From Pseudomonadota bacterium (GTDB taxonomy: Bacteria; Pseudomonadota; Gammaproteobacteria; Acidiferrobacterales; UBA6901), in contig JAKASJ010000011.1 in NCBI GenBank assembly GCA_021819085.1, forward strand, positions 13,604 to 77,603: 64,000 nucleotides of DNA, given 5' to 3'. Shown here one piece after another: positions 34,290-41,911 of the stretch. The notes beneath the pieces are model-generated. The model was not told where the DNA came from and made no database searches. It was given only the letters and a program-made list of their open reading frames with translations. The stretch's first letter is position 1. Each line of letters opens with the position of its first letter. The position numbers and the translations under genes were made by a program.

Positions 34290-34589
34290 CTACGACTTGT
34301 GCTTCCCTTCCAGGGCAACGATAGGCTTGTCGGTGAACACATAATCGCGCAGCTCCTTGTCAAAAGCCGGATCGTGACGACGGATCCACTCCAGGATCAT
34401 GGCCGCATGCTCCTTTTCCTCGTCACGATTGTGCGCGAGGATCGCGCGCAACTCCTTGTCCTTGCACGCGTCAACGCGCTGATTGTACCAATCAGCTGCT
34501 TCCAGTTCCTCCATCAGGGAAATGATCGCGCGATGCATGTCGCGCGTTTCCTCGCGCAACTCGGTTTCGTGATAGCCCTCGCTTGCCAT
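34290..34589 (-). CDS. EncFtn-type (encapsulated-ferritin-like) mini-ferritin without a cargo-loading tail
   Basis: 99 aa. HRAIISLMEELEAADWYNQRVDACKDKELRAILAHNRDEEKEHAAMILEWIRRHD closely matches my recollection of the Rhodospirillum rubrum EncFtn core, including the ExxE/W and EEKEH metal-site residues. It ends ...FTDKPIVALEGKHKS with no Gly/Ser linker and no LxIGSLK-type targeting peptide. Confidence 0.75.
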   Translation of the reverse strand: MASEGYHETELREETRDMHRAIISLMEELEAADWYNQRVDACKDKELRAILAHNRDEEKEHAAMILEWIRRHDPAFDKELRDYVFTDKPIVALEGKHKS

Positions 34590-34666
34590 ATCATCTCCTC
34601 AGCTATTGAAGCCAATAGTTCACGCCGGTCATGCGGGCTGGCTGCTGCCTCGGACAAATGCCGCGC

Positions 34667-36013
34667 TCAGATCCCGTATGCTGCGCGCAGCAGAGACAGC
34701 GGGTGCTCCGGCGCCTTTCCGGTGGCGAGACCGTTTTCGATCTGATGCCCCGCCATGGGGCAATCGCTACTGAAGTGATCCGCCGCCGCCTGCCGCACGC
34801 GCTCGACCACCGGTCCTGCGATCTTCATCGAGCTTTCGTGGAACTCGCTCTTGACCGCATAGGTTCCATCGTGTCCGGAACAGCGCTCGATCGCATCGAC
34901 CTGCGTCTGCGGCACCAGCTGCAGCAGATCGCGCGTCTTCATGCCGATGTTCTGCACCCGCAGATGACAGGCGACATGGTAGGAGATCCTGCCGAGCGGC
35001 TGCTTGAAATCGGTACGCAGCTTGCCGTCCTTGTGACGCAGCATCAGGTACTCGAAGGGATCGAAAATGGCAGCGCGCACCTTGGCGACGTCCGGATCCT
35101 CGGGAAACATCAGCGGCAGTTCCTGCTTAAACATCAACACACAGGAAGGCACCGGTGCGACGATGTCCCAGCCTTCGTCCACCAGGCGTGCCAATAGCGG
35201 AATATTGACCTCTTTGGCACGTTCCACTGCACCCAGATCACCGAGTTCAAGCTTCGGCATCCCGCAGCAGCGCTCCTTCTCGGCAACGGTGACCGGGATG
35301 CCGTTATGGCGAAACACCGCGACAAGATCATCATTCAGCCGTGGCTCATTGTAATTGCCGTAGCAGGTGGCGAACAGCGCCACGCGCCCGCGTGTGGCGG
35401 TAGTGGGCTCGGCCTGTGCCGCTACGGCGCTGTCATCGTGCCACCGCCTGAGGAAAGTATCGCTGTGATACGCCGGTACGGGAGCACGGGGATGGACATG
35501 CAGAGTCTTGTCGAGCACCTTGCGGAACAGACCGTTTCGATTCGCGGCGTTGACGAACTGCACGACCACGGGGATGCCTGCCAGACGTCCGACCGTATCG
35601 GTGCTTGTCAGGATGCGATCCCGCACTCGGGTATCACCCTTGCGGAACTTTACCGCCTTGGCGCGCAGCATCAGGTGCGGAAAGTCCAGGTTCCAGGGAT
35701 GCGGCGGCACGTAGGGGCACTTGGTCATGTAGCACATGTCGCACAGATAGCAGTGGTCCGCAATCTGCCAGAACACGGACTTCGGGACACTATCGAGTTC
35801 CATCGTCTCGGAGGCATCGATGGCGTCAAACAGCGTCGGGAATGCCTGACACAGACTGAAGCAGCGGCGGCAACCATGGCAGATGTCGAAGACCCGCTCC
35901 ATCTCCTTGATCAGGGCGCCTTCGTCGTAGAACTGGGGATTCTTCCAATCCAGCGGATGGCGTACCGGGGCTTCAAGATTCCCTTCGCGGCCACCCTGAG
36001 TGGTTACAGCCAT
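34667..36013 (-). CDS. (Fe-S)-binding oxidoreductase with HdrD/GlpC-like architecture (2x[4Fe-4S] + two CCG-type domains)
   Basis: 448 aa. Ferredoxin motifs CHGCRRCFSLC and CYLCDMCYMTKCP. Cys-rich CCG-type segments ATCYGNY...ERCCGMP and PSCVLM...CSGHDG...DCPMAG. Confidence 0.85.
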   Translation of the reverse strand: MAVTTQGGREGNLEAPVRHPLDWKNPQFYDEGALIKEMERVFDICHGCRRCFSLCQAFPTLFDAIDASETMELDSVPKSVFWQIADHCYLCDMCYMTKCPYVPPHPWNLDFPHLMLRAKAVKFRKGDTRVRDRILTSTDTVGRLAGIPVVVQFVNAANRNGLFRKVLDKTLHVHPRAPVPAYHSDTFLRRWHDDSAVAAQAEPTTATRGRVALFATCYGNYNEPRLNDDLVAVFRHNGIPVTVAEKERCCGMPKLELGDLGAVERAKEVNIPLLARLVDEGWDIVAPVPSCVLMFKQELPLMFPEDPDVAKVRAAIFDPFEYLMLRHKDGKLRTDFKQPLGRISYHVACHLRVQNIGMKTRDLLQLVPQTQVDAIERCSGHDGTYAVKSEFHESSMKIAGPVVERVRQAAADHFSSDCPMAGHQIENGLATGKAPEHPLSLLRAAYGI

Positions 36014-36141
36014 AATCTGCCCTGCCCATGGTTGAACTGGCTCATGTAACGCATCGCGGCGCGTCGCCCGATCCCGGCGCCTGACAGCCCAGCCGACAAC
36101 CGCGCCTGGGGACGGGGAAACCCGCCCCGCGGCGCTATTGA

Positions 36142-36564
36142 TTACTTGCCGAGACTGTCCAGAGCTTTCTGAAAACGGTTGGCATGAGAGCGCTCGGCTT
36201 TGGCGAGGGTCTCGAACCAGTCCGCAATCTCGGTAAAGCCTTCCTCGCGTGCGGTTTTGGCCATGCCGGGATACATGTCGGTGTACTCATGGGTCTCGCC
36301 AGCGATGGCCGATTTCAGATTGTCGCCGGTGCTTCCGATCGGCAGGCCGGTGGCCGGATCACCCACAGCCTCCATGTACTCGAGATGCCCGTGCGCATGG
36401 CCGGTTTCCCCTTCGGCGGTGGAGCGGAATACGGCGGAGACATCGTTGAATCCTTCGACGTCTGCCTTGGAGGCGAAATACAGGTAGCGGCGGTTGGCTT
36501 GGGATTCGCCGGCGAAGGCGTACTTCAGATTCTCGTGGGTCTTGCTGCCCTTCAGACTTTTCAT
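36142..36564 (-). CDS. Rubrerythrin-family diiron protein lacking the rubredoxin domain
   Basis: 140 aa. Diiron ligand motifs [40 protein letters not shown]. The whole protein contains no cysteine. Confidence 0.88.
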   Translation of the reverse strand: MKSLKGSKTHENLKYAFAGESQANRRYLYFASKADVEGFNDVSAVFRSTAEGETGHAHGHLEYMEAVGDPATGLPIGSTGDNLKSAIAGETHEYTDMYPGMAKTAREEGFTEIADWFETLAKAERSHANRFQKALDSLGK

Positions 36565-36593
36565 ATTCAGGTCTCCATGTTGTCAGACTCTTC

Positions 36594-36630
36594 AAATAAG
36601 CGAATATGCTTATTTAGAATAAGTCTAAAT
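36594..36630. promoter_or_regulatory. Two adjacent AT-rich inverted repeats 30-66 nt upstream of the rubrerythrin start (operator candidates)
   Basis: AAATAAGC-gaatat-GCTTATTT (36594-36615, 8+6+8 perfect) and ATTTAGA-ataag-TCTAAAT (36612-36630, 7+5+7 perfect). The half-site AATAAG recurs three times. A TTGACA hexamer (minus strand, 36651-36646) lies just upstream. Confidence 0.45.
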
Positions 36631-37376
36631 CTATCCCACCAACCCTGTCAACGATCATACTAGGGTTGAAACACCTGACGAACCATGATCTCAGTCAAAT
36701 CCTGGTGACGAGCAACCGCCCGGGGGCCAAACGGAAGCTCAACCCCTGGACCGGACCGCAATCATTGCGGTATCCGCGGCAGCGCGGACCCGCCGCACTG
36801 CCGGGATTCTGCGCTGGGGAAACGCCGGTTCGTGCGATCGGGCGTGCGCGGCCATCCGGGCGAGACGCCCTCGCCGGGTGGCCGTTTGGCAATGACGGCC
36901 TGACGCCGGTCCCGGAGTTGCGGAACCCCGATGATGGATCCGACCGCGGTTCGGTGGCTGACGGGTTCATCGGGTCGATCAGGTTCCACATGCTGCGGCT
37001 TGTCCGCGGCTTTCTATCACAATCCTGAGCACGATCTGCCCGCGATCACCGCAGGAAGGCCAGACTCGCGCCGCCACGCACCGCCAGTGCGTTCCCGTTC
37101 GGCCGGGTATGGTATTTCCGCATTCCGGAACCGGACTGGATCGCCGGGCCGCCGAACCGACACAGGTAGAATAAATGCCGGCGGACGGCACCTGCTCCGG
37201 CCGCAGACCGCATATGATGATATTGCTGTCCAATCCGGAAACCGGCCCCAGACAACCTGCCGTGATGCACGAAATGAAATAAAGGATTGGCGAACCGGAT
37301 TATCTCATCTAATATTGATTAAAAGACATCGATATCTCGCCCCGACAACATCTTTTCAATTATTGATCAAAGGGAT

Positions 37377-39098
37377 ATGGCAACTCCGAATCCGGCAAAC
37401 AGCTTGAGCGGCTTGGCGCTGAGGCTGGTGCGCGATGGGCTGTTAAGCGCGGGCGACGCAGAACGCCTGCAAAACGAGGCGGCTGTCAAAAAGCTTCCGT
37501 TCGTCTCTCAGCTCGTTGAAAGCAAAAAACTCAACAGTGCGGTCATCGCCCGCGCGGCATCCGAAGAATTCGGCATTCCCCTGTTCGAGATCAACGCTCT
37601 TGACCTGGAAACGGCACCAGTAAAACTGGTGGATGAAAAGATCATCCGGCGTCATCGCGTGCTGCCGATCTACAAGCGCGGCACCAAACTGTTCGTGGCG
37701 ATCGCCGACCCCACGAACCTCCAGGCTCTGGACGAAATCAAATTTCATACCGGCCTCGGGGCAGAACCGATCCTGGTCGAGGAAACGAAGCTCGGCGCCG
37801 CCATCGACAAATGTCTGGAAGCAGCCGACACGACGCTGATGGATCTCGCCGGCGGCGACGACCTGGAGGGGCTCGAGATCTCCTCCGATGAGGACTCCAA
37901 GGCAAAAGGATCAACCAGCGACGAAAACGATGTCAATGACGCGCCGATCGTCAAGTTCGTGAACAAGGTGCTGATGGATGCAATCAATCACGGTGCTTCC
38001 GACATCCACATCGAACCTTACGAAAAGTCCTACCGTGTCCGCTTTCGCCAGGACGGGATGCTGCACGAGGTGGCCAGCCCGCCCCTGGCCCTGGCGGGCC
38101 GCATCGCGGCGCGCATCAAGATCCTGTCAAGACTCGACATAGCCGAGCGCCGCATCCCCCAGGACGGGCGCATGAAGCTGCGGATCTCCAAGAACCGCGC
38201 CATCGATTTCCGCGTAAGCACTCTGCCGACTCTGTTCGGCGAAAAACTGGTGATGCGCATCCTGGACCCGGCGTCCGCCACCCTTGGGGTCGAAAAGCTC
38301 GGTTTCGAACCGGCACAGAAGCAGCTGTTCCTGGAGGCCATCGAGCGCCCCTACGGCATGGTGCTCGTGACCGGGCCGACCGGAAGCGGCAAGACCGTCA
38401 GCCTGTACACCGCCGTCAACATCCTGAATACCCCCGACCGCAACATTTCCACCGCCGAAGATCCTGTGGAAATAAACCTTCCCGGGGTCAACCAAGTCAA
38501 CGTCAGCGACAAGGCGGGGCTTACGTTCTCGACCGCCCTGCGTGCATTTCTGCGTCAGGATCCGGACGTGATCCTGGTAGGTGAGATTCGCGATCTTGAA
38601 ACCGCCGAGATCGCCATCAAGGCGGCGCAGACCGGTCACATGGTGCTGTCTACCCTGCATACGAACGATGCACCGGCGACCCTGAGCCGGCTGGCCAATA
38701 TGGGTGTAGCACCGTTCAACATCGCGTCGGCGGTAAACCTGATCGTGGCCCAGCGCCTTGCCCGGCGGCTGTGTCCGGCCTGCAAGAAACCACAGGACAT
38801 TCCGGTACCGGCACTGCTCGAGGCAGGCTTCAATGAAAGCGAGGTCGCGGACCTTAAGCTGTATGGGCCCATAGGCTGCGACCAGTGCACCGATGGCTAC
38901 AAGGGGCGGGTCGGCATTTATCAGGTCATGCCAGTGTCCGAGGAAATCGGTGCGATCATCATGCGCGGCGGGACTGCGCTCGACATCGAGGATCAGGCAC
39001 GCAAGGATGGCATTCCCGACCTGCGCATGTCGGCTCTGAACAAGGTCCGCGACGGCGTCACCAGTCTTGCGGAAATCGAACGCGTAACCAACCAATAA
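37377..39098 (+). CDS. pilB: Type IV pilus assembly ATPase PilB
   Basis: 573 aa. Walker A GPTGSGKTVS. GspE/PilB Asp and His boxes. Tetracysteine CPACKKP...CDQCTDGY. Confidence 0.95.
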   Translation: MATPNPANSLSGLALRLVRDGLLSAGDAERLQNEAAVKKLPFVSQLVESKKLNSAVIARAASEEFGIPLFEINALDLETAPVKLVDEKIIRRHRVLPIYKRGTKLFVAIADPTNLQALDEIKFHTGLGAEPILVEETKLGAAIDKCLEAADTTLMDLAGGDDLEGLEISSDEDSKAKGSTSDENDVNDAPIVKFVNKVLMDAINHGASDIHIEPYEKSYRVRFRQDGMLHEVASPPLALAGRIAARIKILSRLDIAERRIPQDGRMKLRISKNRAIDFRVSTLPTLFGEKLVMRILDPASATLGVEKLGFEPAQKQLFLEAIERPYGMVLVTGPTGSGKTVSLYTAVNILNTPDRNISTAEDPVEINLPGVNQVNVSDKAGLTFSTALRAFLRQDPDVILVGEIRDLETAEIAIKAAQTGHMVLSTLHTNDAPATLSRLANMGVAPFNIASAVNLIVAQRLARRLCPACKKPQDIPVPALLEAGFNESEVADLKLYGPIGCDQCTDGYKGRVGIYQVMPVSEEIGAIIMRGGTALDIEDQARKDGIPDLRMSALNKVRDGVTSLAEIERVTNQ

Positions 39099-39103
39099 CC
39101 ATC

Positions 39104-40336
39104 ATGGCACAACCCGCGGCACAGACTGCCAAAACAAAGCTCAGCACCTTCAACTGGGAGGGCGTCGACAAGAAAGGGCGGCGTCTTAAGGGCGAAACCC
39201 AGGGCATCAGCGTGGCTTATGTGAACGCCGTTCTGCGCCGTCAGGGCATCAATCCCCTGAAAGTACGCAAACAGGCCTCGGCGCTGTTCAAACGCAAGCG
39301 CCGCATCACCCCGAAAGACGTGTCGATATTTACGCGCCAGTTCGCAACCATGATCCAGTCTGGCATACCGATCGTGCAGTCATTCGAGATCGTCGGGAAG
39401 GGTCATGACAATCCCAGCATGCAGGAACTTCTGGCATCGATCAGGCAGGACATAGAATCCGGCACGAACCTGAGCACCGCCCTCGGCAAGCATCCGCTTC
39501 AATTTGATGCTCTTTACTGCAACCTGGTCGCAGCAGGCGAACAGGCGGGCATTCTCGATACAATCCTAGAGAAGGTGGCCACTTACAAGGAAAAGGTCGA
39601 GGCAATCAAGGGCAAGATCAAATCGGCCCTGTTCTATCCATCCGCGGTAATCGTTGTGGCGTTCGTCATCACGGCGATTTTGATGATTTTCGTGATTCCC
39701 GAGTTCAGCAACCTGTTTAAGAGCTTCGGCGCCGAACTGCCCGCCCTGACCTTGCTTGTGATCCATATCTCCAACATCTTCCGGAGCTATTGGTGGGCGA
39801 TTTTCGGCGGCCTGATTGGCGCGATATTTTTCTTTGGATATTCCTATAAACGCTCGGTGAAGATGCAGCACACCCTCGACCGCATGATCCTGCGGGCCCC
39901 GGTGGTCGGGCAGATTGTGAAGAAAGCAACCATAGCTCGCTTCGCCCGTACCCTAGCGACAATGTTCGCAGCCGGCGTTCCGCTGGTGGAAAGTCTTGAA
40001 GCGGTGGCCGGTGCCGCCGGCAATCGCGTGTATTATGACGGCATCGTGGATATCAAGGCCGAGGTCAGCACCGGCAGTCAGCTGCAGTCGTCTATGGAAC
40101 ACACCGGCCTGTTCCCGAACATGGTGATCCAGATGGTCGCCATCGGCGAGGAATCCGGCGAACTCGACGCCATGCTCGGGAAAGTTGCCGATTTCTATGA
40201 AGAGGAGGTCGACAACGCCGTCGACTCTCTCAGCAGTCTGATGGAACCCGTGATCATGGTGGTACTGGGTGTTATTGTCGGTACCCTTGTGATCGCCATG
40301 TACCTGCCCATATTCAAGCTCGCCTCGGTGGTATAA
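39104..40336 (+). CDS. pilC: Type IV pilus platform protein PilC
   Basis: ORF 38885..40336 trimmed to MAQPAAQTAKTKLSTFNWEGVDKKGRR (aa 74). Duplicated GspF-type domains with three TM segments. The ORF's 5' part overlaps pilB. Confidence 0.93.
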   Translation: MAQPAAQTAKTKLSTFNWEGVDKKGRRLKGETQGISVAYVNAVLRRQGINPLKVRKQASALFKRKRRITPKDVSIFTRQFATMIQSGIPIVQSFEIVGKGHDNPSMQELLASIRQDIESGTNLSTALGKHPLQFDALYCNLVAAGEQAGILDTILEKVATYKEKVEAIKGKIKSALFYPSAVIVVAFVITAILMIFVIPEFSNLFKSFGAELPALTLLVIHISNIFRSYWWAIFGGLIGAIFFFGYSYKRSVKMQHTLDRMILRAPVVGQIVKKATIARFARTLATMFAAGVPLVESLEAVAGAAGNRVYYDGIVDIKAEVSTGSQLQSSMEHTGLFPNMVIQMVAIGEESGELDAMLGKVADFYEEEVDNAVDSLSSLMEPVIMVVLGVIVGTLVIAMYLPIFKLASVV

Positions 40337-40369
40337 GGGCTCCGCCTGCACGGCCGGGCAGGTGACACG

Positions 40370-41257
40370 ATGCTGCACATGTACCTGCAATCCTATTTCC
40401 AGGCCTACCCCGCGATGTGGATCGTGTTCGCGGGCGTGCTCGGACTGGTCATCGGAAGTTTTCTCAATGTCGTGATACACCGCCTGCCGGTCATGCTCAC
40501 CCGCGGCTGGCGGCGTGAATGCCGGGAACTCCTGGGCGAGACGGCCGACGCACAGGACAATTCCCCATACAATCTGGTGTTCCCGGGTTCGCGCTGCCCG
40601 CATTGCGGCCACACCATCCGCGCCTGGGAAAACATACCGGTTCTGAGCTACCTCTGGCTGCGTGGCCGCTGTTCGGCGTGCGGGCAACGCATCTCGCCGC
40701 GCTACCCGGTGGTGGAGCTGACTGCCAGCGGCCTGGCCGCGGCGGTCGCCTTCCATTTCGGGTTCGCTGTGGCGGCCCCCGCAGCGTGCGGGCTGACCTG
40801 GGCGCTGGTGGCGCTCGCATTCATCGATTTCGATCACCAGCTGTTGCCCGATGCCATCACTCTGCCGCTGCTGTGGGCGGGACTCATAGTCAACAGCTTT
40901 CATGTGTTTGCTTCGCTGCACGCGGCTGTGGCGGGGGCCGTGGCAGGCTATCTGTCGCTGTGGCTGGTATATCACGGGTTCCGGCTCGTCACCGGCAAGG
41001 ATGGCATGGGGCATGGGGACTTCAAGCTGCTTGGCGCACTGGGCGCGTGGCTCGGGTGGCAGAGCCTGCCCCTGATCATCCTGCTGGCATCGGTGGTCGG
41101 CGCCCTTACCGGCCTTGGTCTCATTTTGTTCCGGGGCCGGGACCGGGCACAGCCGATGCCATTTGGACCCTTTCTGTGCGTCGCAGGCTGGATAGGTATC
41201 CTGTGGGGTGGAGCGCTCACCCGCTACTACCTGCAACTGGCACACTTCACAGGCTGA
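40370..41257 (+). CDS. pilD: Prepilin peptidase / N-methyltransferase PilD
   Basis: 295 aa. N-terminal Cys pairs CPHCGH and CSACGQ. Catalytic DGMGHGDFKLLGALG. Confidence 0.93.
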   Translation: MLHMYLQSYFQAYPAMWIVFAGVLGLVIGSFLNVVIHRLPVMLTRGWRRECRELLGETADAQDNSPYNLVFPGSRCPHCGHTIRAWENIPVLSYLWLRGRCSACGQRISPRYPVVELTASGLAAAVAFHFGFAVAAPAACGLTWALVALAFIDFDHQLLPDAITLPLLWAGLIVNSFHVFASLHAAVAGAVAGYLSLWLVYHGFRLVTGKDGMGHGDFKLLGALGAWLGWQSLPLIILLASVVGALTGLGLILFRGRDRAQPMPFGPFLCVAGWIGILWGGALTRYYLQLAHFTG

Positions 41258-41268
41258 GTTCAGACACC

Positions 41269-41889
41269 ATGCTGCGCGTCGCCCTGACCGGGGGCATCGG
41301 AAGCGGGAAATCCACGGTAGCCCGAATGTTCGCAGCGCACGGCGCGCCGGTGGTCGATGCCGACGAGATCGCGCACCGTCTGGTGCAGCGCGGTCAGCCC
41401 GCCTATCTCGAAATCGTCGAGGCGTTCGGCACGGAAATCCTCGGTGCGGACGGCGAGATCGACCGGCCACGTCTGAGCGGGCGGATTTTCGACAGTGCCG
41501 ACGAGCGCAGGCGCCTCGAGGCCATCGTCCATCCCCGGGTGCGGCACGAGATCGTCGAACGGGTTCCGGCTTTGCACGCACCCTACTGCATCATCGTGGT
41601 TCCGCTCCTCATCGAGGCAGGCATGCAGGACCTCGCCGACCGGATACTCGTGGTCGACTGCAATGAGCAGCAGCAGATCGAACGGGTCCGGAAGCGCAGC
41701 GGTTTGAGCGAAGATCGAATCCGCCGGATCGTGGCGGCCCAGATCAGCTCCTCTGAACGCAGGAGCCTGGCCGATGATGTGATCATCAACGACGCTGACC
41801 TGGTCCAGGTTCAGGCACAGGTAGACCGGCTGCACGAACTCTATCGCGCGTTATCCGGTGCCGAACCGCATCCGCCCGCGACCCGCTAG
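41269..41889 (+). CDS. coaE: Dephospho-CoA kinase
   Basis: ORF 40519..41889 trimmed to MLRVALTGGIGSGKSTV (aa 251). The upstream part of the ORF overlaps pilD out of frame. Confidence 0.9.
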   Translation: MLRVALTGGIGSGKSTVARMFAAHGAPVVDADEIAHRLVQRGQPAYLEIVEAFGTEILGADGEIDRPRLSGRIFDSADERRRLEAIVHPRVRHEIVERVPALHAPYCIIVVPLLIEAGMQDLADRILVVDCNEQQQIERVRKRSGLSEDRIRRIVAAQISSSERRSLADDVIINDADLVQVQAQVDRLHELYRALSGAEPHPPATR

Positions 41890-41911
41890 ACGCCTGCGCT
41901 CGCCCCAGCCC

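Noticed and set aside
36700-36880. Plus-strand segments reminiscent of a cobalamin riboswitch: AAACGGAAGC, CTGGACCGGACCGCA...GCGGTA, CCCGCCGCACTGCC...GGGGAAACGCC, CCGGGCGAGACGCCC.
   Set aside because: The conserved GGUG..AA..CC hairpin and the canonical B12-box spacing are missing. The elements are interrupted by extra sequence. No B12-related gene lies downstream (only pilB, about 500 nt away). By eye this cannot be told apart from chance similarity in GC-rich DNA and it needs cmscan. At best it is a degenerate relic.
33500-37400. A possible complete encapsulin nanocompartment locus around the EncFtn-like gene.
   Set aside because: No neighbouring ORF has the size or character of an HK97-fold shell protein, and the EncFtn-like protein lacks a targeting peptide. 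I therefore do not call an encapsulin system. It is reported instead as a shell-less EncFtn finding.
39953-41581. A 542-aa minus-strand ORF antisense to pilC/pilD/coaE, and similar long antisense ORFs at 5088..6440 (+), 23778..25313 (+), 26466..27548 (+), 45215..46768 (+), 59648..61036 (+) and 28995..30425 (+).
   Set aside because: Their translations are Arg/Pro/Gly/His-rich and low-complexity, with no family motifs. Each lies entirely opposite a gene with unambiguous conserved motifs. Long stop-free antisense frames are expected in GC-rich DNA.
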